A stretch of 64,000 nucleotides of DNA. Origin: Okamejei kenojei. Lineage: Eukaryota. How positions within the stretch are numbered: the stretch's first letter is position 1; the number at the start of each line of letters is the position of its first letter. This document shows positions 52,023 to 64,000 of the stretch, piece by piece. The notes below the pieces were generated by a model. It was not told the DNA's origin, did not search any database, and saw nothing but the letters and a program-made list of their open reading frames with translations. The DNA lies in NCBI GenBank assembly GCA_035221665.1, contig CM069151.1, positions 40,300,001-40,364,000 of the forward strand, in the 5' to 3' direction. The position numbers were made by a program, and so were the translations under genes.

Positions 52023-52409
52023 CACAGTAACAGGCCCTACTGCCCACAATGCCTGTGCTGAACATGATGCTAACTGAAACTAATCTCCTATACTTGCACA
52101 TGATCCACTTCTCTCCATTCCATGCATATTCATGTGCCTATCTAGAAGCCTCTTAATGCCCCTATTATATCTGCCTCCAGCATCACCCCGAGGAGAGCAT
52201 TCCAGACACCCACCACTGTGAATAAATATCTTGCCCACACCATAAATCACAATAGAATGTAAAATTAACTGCCGGAAAGCAAATGATTGCAGTTATATAT
52301 ATATATTTCAGAGGTTTTCGCTATCTTGCAGTTTACTTTTCAGCTTCATTTCAGAATGTTCCATTATTTAATATAACACGGTCCAGCACCCCTCCAACAA
52401 CCTCCTTAC

Positions 52410-52568
52410 CCGCTGCTTCTGTTCCTCTGAACGAACATCACTGCGAACATTGGCCCATGGTATGTCATCGGGCCACCACAAAGGCCGGCAGCTCTCCTTC
52501 CCCCAGCCAGGTTTCCCACGGCCTGTTGAGTACTTCAGCATTTCTGGAATAAAAGCTCGGAGCTGCGC
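52410..52568 (-). CDS. NRF1: NRF1 internal coding exon (DNA-binding region)
   Basis: Translates to AQLRAFIPEMLKYSTGRGKPGWGKESCRPLWWPDDIPWANVRSDVRSEEQKQR, nearly identical to vertebrate NRF1 as I recall it. 159 nt, phase 0-0; AG acceptor at 52570-52569, GTAAG donor from 52409. Confidence 0.97.
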
Positions 52569-52699
52569 CTAGAAGAAGCAAGATGGCGAGATCATAATCT
52601 GACCTAACAGACACTTGAAAATAATTAGATTCCCAGGCTTACAGGGGAAATACATCACCCAAGAGGTAGCTAATGCTTTGTTTAAAAAATGGAGATGCA

Positions 52700-52922
52700 C
52701 AAGCATTGAACCATGCTACATTTTCTTGGCCATCGTCTGCTTTGATCTGCCGTTTTCACACCTTGCCCTTCCATATCTCTGGTTTCCCTCTCCCCGTCTC
52801 TCAGGTTGAAGAAGCGTCTCGGCCCAAAACATCACTCATTCCTTCTCTCCGGATGCTGCCTGGCCGCTGAGTTACTCCAGCATTTTGTGTCTACCTATGG
52901 TATAAACCAGCATCTGCAGATC
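52700..52922 (+). mobile_element. Penelope-like terminal repeat
   Basis: GTTGAAGAAGCGTCTCGGCCCAAAACATCAC..CCAGCATCTGCAG. Confidence 0.75.
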
Positions 52923-53499
52923 TTTTTGATTTGCCCCGTACAATTCACACTTATTGCCAACTAAAAACAAATATACTGATTCCAGCTCATTAGATTATTC
53001 TCTGTTTCAGACTCTATTTGGTCAAGTAGATGCAGTGAAGGTGGGGGTTGGGTGGGATGGGGTTGGGTTGGGGGGGGGGGAGGGGGGGGGGAGGGAGGGG
53101 GGGGGAAGGGCACCTATGCTTTATTTATTGAGCCGAATCATGTCAAAATCTTTAAGACTGGAGGTTGTGCAATAAATGTCTGTTATCAAGCTTTATTTGC
53201 AACTTTATCGTTGTTTTTGTGAGATTCAATACAGATGACAGTATGGGGAATTAGAAAGCTTCGCAACGTTAGGTATAAATAGCACCTACTGTACACTATA
53301 AATTAGTTCACATTCATTTGAATTCTATTTTCTCATCACAAAGTAGAGCTTGAAACGAATTGCATGTCATCTATTGATTGAAGTAGATTAATTACATTCA
53401 TAGTGGATTAAAGCACCAATTGAATTAGAACTGGATCACCTGTGTCCAATCAGATAGATTAGTTGTTCAAACCGTAGAATGATTATATTTAGCCAGTCG

Positions 53500-54072
53500 A
53501 GTACTGTCTGAGTAAAAGCAATTCAACTGGTCCAATTCCTTGCCCTCATGCCCTAGCACTGTAAATTCCTCCCTTTCAGATACCTACCTGATCTGTTTTC
53601 AATAATGCAATTGAATCTGTCTCCAATGTTACTCCTTGCAGTGCATTCCACATTCTAACGACTCAATGTGTTAAAAACAAAATTCTCATATCACTTTGTT
53701 TCTTTTGCCAATCATCTTCATTCAATGTCTCCATGATTCTTCTGCCAATAGGAACAGTTTCACTCTGTCTATATCCAACTTGGTTTAAAATTGTTCTTTC
53801 AAATCCCCTTGTAATCTCTCTGTTACGAACAAATCAAACCTCTCCAGTGTACCCATTCAACTAAAATCCCTCATCTGTGGAATCAGTATGGTTAATCTCC
53901 TCTGCACCCTCTCCACAGCCTTTGCATTGTTTCTAAAGTGAACACGATACTCCACAGTAACCACACTGGCATTGGATTGAAGATAGACACAAAATGCTGG
54001 AGTAACTCAGCGGGACAGACAGCATCTCTGGATAGAAGGAATGGGTGACGTTTTGGGTCAAGACCATTCTTG
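53500..54072 (-). mobile_element. Old CR1 3' fragment plus Penelope-like terminal repeat (53976-54072)
   Basis: Reverse complement of LE(RV)QRRL and CR1 3' UTR motifs; then GACACAAAATGCTGGAGTAACTCAGCGGGAC..GGGTGACGTTTTGGGTC. Confidence 0.7.
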
Positions 54073-55513
54073 ATGGCATTGGAAGTCCAAGAGGAATGTT
54101 TCACTCATACTGTCCTTGGCATATCCCCCCCATTTCAATAACCCGTCAACATTTAATTGGGATCTATTGCTCTCCACATCACAGTTAACTTCTCCTCAAA
54201 TGTTGTGTAATTTGCAAATTTGAAAATATGGTCCCAAAGCATTGGTTCCGGTACTGACTAGCTACAGATGAGGTCCAATGTTGTTCCTTTGTTTAAGAAA
54301 GGTGAGCCTCACATCAGTGGTAAGGAAACTATTAGAGAGAATTCTTCGAGGTAGGATTTACTCCCATTCAGAGTTTTGACTTTAATGTCCCTACTCTTTT
54401 CCCTACACTATAGCTGAAAAATCCCTACTTCAAAGGATTGTTCAATTATGGTTTTGTTGCTGAACTTTGATCCCAATTCACACATACTAGATCTATTTTC
54501 ATCATACTGAAATTGACCTTTCCCTCAAATGATTATTTCTCCCATAGAGTCCCCAATATGTCCATCAGTGGAAGTGCATTGTTTAGTCAAGTAACAACAA
54601 GGCGCCTTTCATGTCACATTTGGTCACCATCCTTCCCCTCTCCAATGGCAACAGTCTGCCATTATCCATCCCACCCTGACACGTCGTTATTTTACATACA
54701 TCTATCGAGATTCCCCATATTTTTCCATTATCTGATGCAAACAGTCCCTGCCCCTCCAACCTCCAGCCTTATAACCGTCATCCCATGTCCCAGGAAACAT
54801 TCTGGGATTTTCTCCAGTGTTTTCACATCCTACCTATAAGGCAACCAAAATTGAACACTACTTTAGATGCGACAACAGTTTTTTCAATTATAAAGGTTCA
54901 GCAGGACTTCTGCATTTATATTGGAAGCCTAGATTGATAAAGCTCAGAACTGCCACTTTCAATGACATGCATCGAGTTCCTGTTGCTTCCTCACCACTTT
55001 TAGAATAGTATAATTTATTTTCTATACTGTTTCTCCTCATTCTTCCCACCAAAGAACATTACCTCACATTTCTTAGCATTAAACCCCATTTGTTATATTT
55101 GCCCATTCCACCACTCGTTCACATCCTGCTACAATTTATCACTCTCAATTTTGCGACTCACAATAACAGTTAAACTCTGATAATGTGGCGCCGTGGAAGT
55201 TTTGGTAACACCAGACTAGAATATTTTTCGAGCTGGAGTCACTGTGCATGACATTGTACAAGAATTCAAGGAAAGGACACAAACAAAACATTTTGATGAC
55301 AACTATAGACTGTAAATGCTGGCCGGGAACTAAAATTGTTGGGAGAGTCTGTTGCTAATTTACAAAATAGGCAGATCTGAAACATGATGGAAATATGTCA
55401 TGTTTTAGACAGAAGGAAGGGAAGAGGGACGTTGCTCTACAGATTTCTGGAAAAACAAATTCAAGACCTCTGTGAGGGTTACTTGATGTCACTAAATAGC
55501 AAAACAATAGTTA

Positions 55514-55836
55514 AAGCCCTGTCCCACTTTCCCGAGTTACTCACAAAATCTCCCGAGTTTTCCCCTTGATTCGAACTCGGGGAATGTCAGGTAATGTCGG
55601 TCGCGATTTTCGTAGGAGCCCGTAGATGTTTCGTAGCGGCTCGTAATGCCAGCCGTAGGAACTCGGAGCATCGGGTAAGTCGGGATGTTTTTTCAACATG
55701 TTGAAAAATGTCCACGAGTAAAAAAAAAAATAGCCCCAAGTACCTACGAATGGCGATTACCATAATTCTCCGTGTTCGAATCATGGGGAAAACTCGGGAG
55801 AGTTTGTGAGTAACTCGGGAAAGTGGGACAGGGCCT
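55514..55836. mobile_element. PIF/Harbinger-type MITE
   Basis: Long TIRs AAGCCCTGTCCCACTTTCCCGAGTTACTCACAAA / TTTGTGAGTAACTCGGGAAAGTGGGACAGGGCCT; TTA duplication at 55511-55513 and 55837-55839. Confidence 0.9.
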
Positions 55837-56544
55837 TTATGCTTTAACTTGAGTTTCATGAGTTTTGAGTGTGCATGCACATACGCAGGAGAACGAACAA
55901 ATTATTCCTCTGGAGTTGACAAAAAGACAATATGAGGCTCTGATTGGTTCCTATGTGGACTGTTGACATTCACTAATCTTCACAGGGACCATACATAACA
56001 CAGGAACTCATGCAGGACATTTAATCTTTATCTTATTCCATTTTTCAATATAGTCACAGCCAATCAGTGACCCAATTCCATTTACTCTGACAGTTGTCCC
56101 AAATCACTTTTGTTTAAAAAAAAATCCCGCCTTTGAAATTAAGTCAATCTAGTGTCAGTTGCCATTTACTGAAGAGATCCAAAATCCTATGTATGTAGAA
56201 ATATTTTTCAACTTCATTCTTGAAAGGCTTACCATTTAATTGTGATATTCATACTAGACTCCTAACCAGATTTACCATATTAATTCCTCTGAATTTTTTT
56301 ATCAAATCACCTCAACTCTACGAATGTCAGGGAACATAAACCTGGCTCATCTGATTTGCAATTTAACTTGGTTTTATGTAACTACAAAACTTCATCCATT
56401 TTGTATTGTTGTATTCAATGTTGTTCGTGAGCAAAATGGATGCCTGATAGTTGCAGCGAAGACATGAGGCCGACAAGTGTGTTTTCATGCTGCATGACTC
56501 TATGAGGAGATATTCAGCATTAGTCGAAACGGATGGAAATGCGT

Positions 56545-56835
56545 GAACCAACCTGATCTCCTGGTTGCTGGACACTTTAATTCTCCTTCCCATTCCTACA
56601 CAAACATTTCTTGTCCTCGGTCTCCTCCATTGTCAGAGTGAGGCTAAACGCAAATTGGAGGAACAGCATCTCATATTTCGCTTGGGCAGCTTACAACCCT
56701 GTGGTATGAATATTGATTTCTCTCACTTCAGTTAGCCCTGGCATTCTCTCTCTCTCTCTATCCCTCCCACACCCAAGTCACACCAGCTTCTCATTTTCAT
56801 CCTACAAAAAGCTTACAATGACCCGTTTCCTCTAT
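56545..56835 (+). mobile_element. Penelope-like GIY-YIG C-terminal fragment
   Basis: NQPDLLVAGHFNSPSH..RKLEEQHLIFRLGSLQPCGMNIDFS. Confidence 0.85.
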
Positions 56836-58121
56836 CAACACAAGTATTTTAGCTTTTTCAACTTGCTCCCGGAAATACTACTTGAATTTTGATGGAGTAG
56901 CTTGGAATCAAAGATCTAACATTGGTCAGGTGTGCAGGTGACTTTAAATGAGCAGTGATGAGTTAAGGGTACTGGAACTTTGCCAGCATAACCCACGCGC
57001 CAAGTAAAAAATAGAAGTAATTCAAAAGTCTAGAATGATCTACACAATAGCCCAGTCATTATATCACCCCAGTTCTTTTGTTTAGTTAAAATAAGACAAT
57101 CTCAGCTAAAGCAATGCCTGCAACAACAGACTTGGATATCCATGGGTGAGCAATTTTTGTGTTTTATTAGGCATGTGTTCAACCAGTGTTCAAAGTAGCT
57201 GCCATACTTACTAATTGCACGTCTTGATATTTCAAGATAGCACATTATATGTGAAGAATGCGACAGAGGGCAAAAAAATGCTACATATGAAAAGACGGGT
57301 GAGAGTGGGATAAAGACATTTAACATGAATTTGAATCTGGTTAAGCAATTACGGGCATAAAATAGTCACTTCATTGGATTAATAAAACTTAATTTTTAAC
57401 ACAAGATTTCAGATTCAGTTACCTGCTTCATGCATTTCTTTTCCCCCCAAAATTCAAACTTCCTCCCCTTATCTGCTCCTGGGATCCTTTGGCCACTTTC
57501 CAGATGGTTTTAATTACAGCATTGGGAGTGTACAGGGGCTACAGCAGCTTGATGCTCTTGTTAAGAGGGTCTTTTTCTAATCCACAGGGGACACAATCAG
57601 CCTCATACCTGGCTCAGCCCAAGTTTAATTAGCAGCTCACAGCACGGCAGTCTCACCTGGCTCATTCAGTAACAAGGAAAATAAAACACATATACTTGTG
57701 ATGCTGGCATTCACTAAACACAAGCAACTCCTGAAATTAGGACCAACACGAGCGCATGTTACACCTGCTCACAAGTGCCACGCAATGGCAACCAGCAACA
57801 AGATTATCTCCCATGGGACCCGAGGTGCAATTAGTAAGCAAGACATTCATTTCTTCTGCGCTCATTTGCTCAGCTCAGCATGATTCACTTGAGGCAGCTG
57901 TATGTTGCCCAATGAAACTAGCGTTGGTGACAACTTTGGATTCTTAAATAAGTCCCCACACAGTTGACACTTTTTATTTACTTTGTGCAGGAAGAGTAAG
58001 AGCGATAATGGCAGCTGGGGAAATATTTTGATCCTTTTTTTTTAAGCATCTGAACAATACATTATTTTTCCTAATAATCTTAAAGGCACCTGATCACATC
58101 AGGATGCAGCCTCGTGATAAT

Positions 58122-58952
58122 ATCAATTCAATTCAATCTTTAATTGTCATTGTGCAGTGTATAATATAGAGACAACGAAATGCAGTTGGTATCTCCGAAG
58201 GGCGAACTTACGAATAAACAAGTAATACATATACATATACATTGGTGTCCGTGCAATTTGCTGGTGATTGGATAGGTGGGGGGGGGGTGGGGTGGAGACA
58301 GGCAGTCATTGAGGTGCAGCGTTGAGAAGTGTGACAGCCGCAGGGAAGAAGCTGTTCTTGAGCTTGCTGGTACGGCAGCGGAGGGACCTGTAGTGTCTAT
58401 CTAGTACCTCTCCACGTGACCTGTGCTAGCAAGAGTTGGGAAATAATCCAATCAAGTCATATTGTGCCTTCACTAGGCACATGTATCAACACAAGAAAGT
58501 ATGAAGATGGGTGCACAGAAGATGCACAGAGTCTCTTGCCCAGGGTAGGGGAATCGAGGACCAGAGGACATAGGTTCAAGGTGAAGGGGAAAAGATTTAA
58601 TCGGAATTTTTCACACAAAGGATGGTGGGTGTATGGAGCATGCTGCCAGAGGAGGTAGTTGAGGCTGTTCCAATCGTTTAAGAAACAGTTAGATAAGTAC
58701 ATGGATAGGACAGGTTTGGAGGGATATGGACTAAGCGTTGGCAGGTGGGACTAGTATAGCCTGGACACGGTTGGCTGGCGTGGGCAAGTTGGGCCGAAGG
58801 GCCTGTTTCCACACTGTATCACTCTATGACTAAGGGTCTCAACCCGAAACATCTCCCATACCTTCCATCCAGAGATGCTGCCTATCATACTGAGTTACTC
58901 CAACATTTTGTGTCTATCTTGGATGTAAACCAGCATCTGCAAATCCTTCCCA
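58122..58952. mobile_element. Rex1-like 3' fragment (-), CR1 3' end (+) and Penelope-like repeat (+)
   Basis: (AATTC)n tail and a minus-strand YRSLR..NSFFP remnant; SRTRGHRFKV; then AGGGTCTCAACCCGAAAC..GATGCTGCC. Confidence 0.7.
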
Positions 58953-60066
58953 CACATGTATTGAGAATGGAGAACATCTCCTTCCGTCTCTAATTCCGCA
59001 CCAAAGAGTTATTCGGTAAATGTAAAAATATGAGATGATTAAAGAATGGAAAGACCAAAGCACCCTGTGTGGTGTGATAGTTTGTGTCTTCACAATTATA
59101 CAAACAATATGTGATGGACTTTGAAGAAGAAATATTTCTTGAGATGTACAAATTAGCAGTTTTTGAGGAAGGGATTTTTAAAGAGGATTCTCAGGAGTAT
59201 GGGTAAGAAAGATTAAACTTCCACAATTAAAGAGCAAGAAATTCAAATGAGCTCCAACATTACTACATCCTCCTGGAATAAGAGCCCGAAGAATATTGGG
59301 GCATATACATGTAGGAATTTGTAAACATATTGAGTGTTATTGAATCTCCAAATCAATTTTACTTCGGAGTCACGTGATTGACTACGTGAAGAAGGCCCGC
59401 CTGGCGCTGGAACGGCATTATGTCGACGCTGACGGCAGAAGCAGGAGCTGCAGAGGCAGCTCCTCGACAGCGGTAGGTACGGAATCGGCAGGTAAGTGCA
59501 GTTGAAAAACTTTTAGGGTCTGGAAAACTCCGTGCCTGGTGTATTGAACCAGGATTTAAAATGAATTTAAAAACAAAAGTAAAGTAAAAGATTAAAATAG
59601 AACAGAAATACTCTGTTAAAACAACGGAGTTTGAAAAAGAACGTCCCGGGGGAATACCCAGCGATCGGGACGGGAGATTAATTACGGGGCCGGTTCCGAT
59701 ACTGGTGACCGTTAAAAATACGGTAGGGAGGTTAAGATGCTCCACAAACTTTTTGCAGGGGGGGAAATTTTAAATAAGTCAGAAAGGCCGTAATTTAAAA
59801 AAGTTAATAAAGGCCTTCAGACGGAAAATAATGGAAATATTCCCTAACATACCCTAAGGGGGTTTCACATATAAAAAGGGAAAAAATATGATGAAATATG
59901 GTGCGAATATCTACCTCAGATTTTTCTGAAGGTAGTCTCCTTGAGGGGAAAAAAACTCAGGAGAAACAAGGGCAGTGAAAAATAAAATGCAAAAACTGAC
60001 CCTAAAAATGCACTGATAGTGGTGGCTGGTCATGAAGTACCCACCACAGCACCAAAAAATAAATAA

Positions 60067-60099
<33 letters not shown>

Positions 60100-62482
60100 A
60101 TACACACAGGTGTATGCACAACACCTGAATAAAAAGTGAGGCCATGGAAAATTACCATGGAAACCAAAAATTAAGTTGGTCTCACTAAAAGCTGTTATGG
60201 TTAAAACAGCAGAACTAATGATGAGTGAGGCCATGAAAAATAAACATGGGAAAAACCTCACCAAAGCTGTAATGATTGAAACAGCAGAATACGATAAAAC
60301 TTTTATGTTTATAAAGATATCAACGGTGAATCCGTTTATGATATCCATGTCTCAAATTATATGAGATATAAGAAATACAATTTCAAAGTATTTCAAAATG
60401 GTGCATGGCATTACTATTCAAAAAGAAAAATAAAATAAAATAAAATGTTGTGCAAATAACTAATACTTTTAAAATAAAATAAATTGCCATCAGTTTGTGG
60501 AGCTCAATGGGAAGAAATATATATAATTTACCAAATCTGCACTATAGATTCGCAGATCAATACAAATCAGGTTATGTTAAACTCCTGATTATTATGGAAT
60601 AAACCTGCCTTATGATAAATCAAAGATATTGATTACAAAAGAACAGATTACTGATCTTTAAACTTTGGGGGAAAAAACGATGATCCAATGAAAAATTTGA
60701 TAATGGATCAAAACAAAGGCAAAGATCTTTAAACTTGGGGGGGAAAAACTATGATCCAATGAAAGATTTGATAATGGATCAAAACAAAGGCAGAAGTGGT
60801 ATAATCCAACATAGCCTTATCCAAACCCATATAATTGGGAAAAGAAGGCTTGAAGTACGTTGAAGAGGTGCAAACATCTGGTTACAAAATAAGTTCATGA
60901 AATCTCCAATTGTGGGGGATTACAGGTGTATTATGATCACTAATTTAATATAACTAAGGAAGGATTGGTTCACCTGTATAAGAAAACCTTAAAAATTGAT
61001 TTTAGGTTTGCACTCAAAAGTAATTTCAATAAAGAAGGGGTACGTACATGTATATTATAAAATTACCTCAGTGTAAAGATTTGATGGTATAAACCATACA
61101 AAACATCATTTTATATACACTTTCACAGTGTAAGAAAATGGAAACATCTAGAACATGGAAATACAGTTGCGATTAACAAAGTGTTAATCAATATTACAGG
61201 TGCTTGAAATTAATTAAAGTGGGTCAAGCTGTGCAAGTTAAAATATTGTCCAAAGGATTAAACCAGTTCAAGGCTGTTAAACAGAATACTGAAGGAACAA
61301 TTATGCTGATAAAAGATCAGCACTTGCACTAATGAGGTCATGGTCATGGGTTATCTTGATTACATTTAAATTGGAAGGTATAAGCGTCAGCTGCAAATTA
61401 GTGCTGCAATTACAAACCTGGTGGAAGGCAAGGACCTGACCCATTACATAAAGCGTATGCTTAGGCATTAATAAAATATTCATAAATTACTATTCTGAAT
61501 TTAGAAGTAATTCAGCACCATAAGAGGGGGGGAAAATTGTTCCATGATACAAATATGTCTCATTGTTGTTGACATGCTTTGTCCCTCCATTAGGTTAGGT
61601 AAAGAATAAATAAAGTTCCAAAAGAAGGAATACAGAAGCTTATAAGAATATGTATGCCTTTGTGAAGAGGCTTATGCAAATATCAAATGATACGTTATCA
61701 TTATTAAAGTAATATAAAAAAGGTTCACAAGCTGCTTCAACTATAAGATTAACAGCTGTTGCAAACTGAAGCAAGTGTTACAGATGACGTACAGCTTCTG
61801 TGAATGTTTGGGTAAAGATAAGAATATTATCTATTCTTATAAGAATAATTGATACGTCTCTTGTTGGGACTGCGGACAATAATACCAGGTGAGCATAAAT
61901 GGATTGTCCTAAGAAATTTTCCAAACATTTGTATTAATTATTGAAGTATAAGGAGTTATGGATTAAATATCGATTGTTTTATTATGGAAGTGTCCATGTC
62001 GTATCAAGATGAACAATACCACGGCTGTGGCATATGTTAAAACACACAAGATAAGTCAAATAACAATCATGGGATTATCTGAGTAAACAGATGTGGCATG
62101 TTTTAAAGTTTAGTCCAGCTGTTTATCTCTAAGGAAGAGACAATGGTATCGGAGACAACAAATTTGGGAGAAAAACATATTGTCATTAATATGGATTACT
62201 TACGATTAATCTGGTTGCATACAGATTAAATCACCGATCTTTCAAATGTTTCTTGTGGGTAAACCAAGAACAGGGAAGGTGGATGCTTTTCTCCCAATTA
62301 CATGAGGGAAAAGATGTTCTTTTGTGTTCCTCATTTTGTTTGATAGGGCAGTGTCTGATGAAAATGTAGCAGGACACTGCCAGAGGCATTTTTGGTGGCC
62401 TAATACGGATCCTTCATGGTTTCATAAATATTGTGTGATGTCGAACTACTTGTGATGATTCATAGTTGCAGCAATTTATTGA

Positions 62483-62570
62483 AGTCTGAGGAAGGGTCTC
62501 GACCCGAGGCGTTGCCTGTCTCCTTTCGCTCTTTGGATGCTGCTGCACCCGCTGGGATCTCCAGGTTTGT
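62483..62570 (+). mobile_element. Penelope-like terminal repeat inside the DIRS relic
   Basis: GTCTGAGGAAGGGTCTCGACCCGAGGCGTTGCC..GATGCTGCTGCACCCGCTG. Confidence 0.75.
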
Positions 62571-63000
62571 GAAACCCTGCAGTAATTTATTGTTGTACAA
62601 AAGCATCCATGACATGAAAATATGAATTTGACTATCTGCAGGTTGACCAGACCATTACAACAGCTGATGGTCAAAGAAGTCTATGAATGTTAACTAATAT
62701 AACAACATATCAATAAAATAATTATGTATAAAAGAAGTGTTATACCTGCAATTTGCAGAAATAAGTCTAAAAACAATATTTTGTAATAAGAAATTGGAGG
62801 TCTGTGTATACAGTAAAGTTATTTTATCATATTAGATATATGTGAGTTCCTTGTGGATTGCATTTTTCTGAGTATCTAATTGATAGAGCCAATAATAGGG
62901 CTCAGAGTGTTACCGTCCTATTAACGGACAATATATTAACCAAGAAGTTATCAGGTGCATTCATAATATCCCGATATGGAAAGGGATATATATGTAGATA

Positions 63001-63003
<3 letters not shown>

Positions 63004-63060
<57 letters not shown>

Positions 63061-63345
63061 CTGTTCAAAATTGTAAAAAATATAAAGTCAGGAGATAAAT
63101 AATCCTGAATTGCCTTAGGCAATGGACTCTAACTCTATCTATGATTCAAAAAAGTTAAACATTGAAAATAATAATGCTGATGACTTTAGTATCAATATAA
63201 GAGTGCAAACATTGCAAATGTTACGTTATAATTGCATGTGGATACAGATTGCATTATCATATATGTTTATGAATCTACCAAACAAAGCACACCAAGAGGA
63301 GCTGAAACCAAGGTAAACCTATAAGCATATCCTGTCGGCTTTAAG

Positions 63346-63396
<51 letters not shown>
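63004..63396. repeat. (TA)n at 63004-63058 and (TG)n at 63346-63396
   Basis: Direct dinucleotide runs; another (TA)n lies at ~60067-60101. Confidence 0.95.
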
Positions 63397-63398
<2 letters not shown>

Positions 63399-64000
63399 CA
63401 TTGATGAAATATGTTGCAGTAGGTAAGAGTCTCTGTGGTAATGAGACTGCTTATTACACACAAAAACCACATTAGGTTCAGTAAAAACTGATGGTTCTAG
63501 AGGAATGTATTCTAGATGGTTAGAAATTGGATACACTCAGTGGAACTAGACACTGAAAGGTGGAAAATCACTCTGTTAATGAGGTAGATACATTCACAGG
63601 AATGGCACGGGATGAGCCACTCGAGCAAAGATGCAAGGCCGCAGGAGGGTGTAAATTAATGTTAAAGTAAAAAGGAACCAGTTATGGTGTCAGGTTTGGA
63701 CACGCAGTGTTGGGTTCTCTATAATTGTTGCTTTGTCATGCCATCAAAATATATATATCAATTGGTATTTTGTGATAAACTTGCCTTTCAATGGAAAGGG
63801 CATTACTTTTATTCTTTATAATGTGAAATAATTTATCACATAACTTGAGGCAATGTTTGGGGAAAAATGTGTTATTCGCTCGTTACTGTGTAGCCGGACT
63901 GTCGTATGGAATAAATTCTACGACATGAAAAACACAGAAAGCTTCAAACTCTTCACGTAGTCACTCACGTGACTCCGAGGTAAAATAGTAAGATTAAACG

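Larger units (their letters stand above)
59356..64000 (+). mobile_element. Decayed DIRS-like tyrosine-recombinase retrotransposon (probably runs off the window)
   Basis: 37-bp inverted match (35/37) between 59356-59392 and 63950-63986. Motif relics in DIRS order: KMET 61135, LSKGL/RLLNRILK ~61246-61293, VMGYLDYI 61343, DNNT 61875, INLVAYRLNH ~62205, VDAF..FCLIGQCLMKM ~62279-62370, and weaker YR-like HTKR..NIDEI ~63290-63415. Confidence 0.85.

Noticed and set aside
59359-59745. 128-aa minus-strand ORF
   Set aside because: Antisense to the DIRS 5' region with no recognisable domain.
52570-64000. Next upstream NRF1 exon (ending ..IPVSVDKMTQ)
   Set aside because: Not found by eye in this interval; presumed beyond the window.

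Overview
This is vertebrate genomic DNA. The repeat content (HE1-like V-SINEs, CR1/HER1 LINEs, Penelope-like elements, Rex1) points to a cartilaginous fish, probably a skate or ray (inference). The only host gene I can support is NRF1 (nuclear respiratory factor 1) on the minus strand: six coding exons from the DNA-binding region to the stop codon (52568 down to 16854), all with GT-AG sites and consistent phases. Its upstream exons lie beyond 64000. The rest is intron or intergenic DNA dense in transposon relics. Most notable: (1) a ~125-bp TSD-flanked retroposon at 4232-4356 (-) that starts exactly at a compact HDV/CPEB3-like ribozyme fold and ends in an (AAG)n tail; (2) a dozen or more Penelope-like terminal repeats carrying minimal hammerhead ribozyme cores, including a back-to-back palindromic pair at ~39.7 kb; (3) a heavily decayed DIRS tyrosine-recombinase retrotransposon at 59356-64000 whose terminal complementarity is nearly intact; (4) a candidate NRF1 cassette exon that would switch the C-terminus; (5) inverted CR1 copies bracketing two phase-0 exons (circRNA candidate). 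All assignments are by eye, with no database searches.
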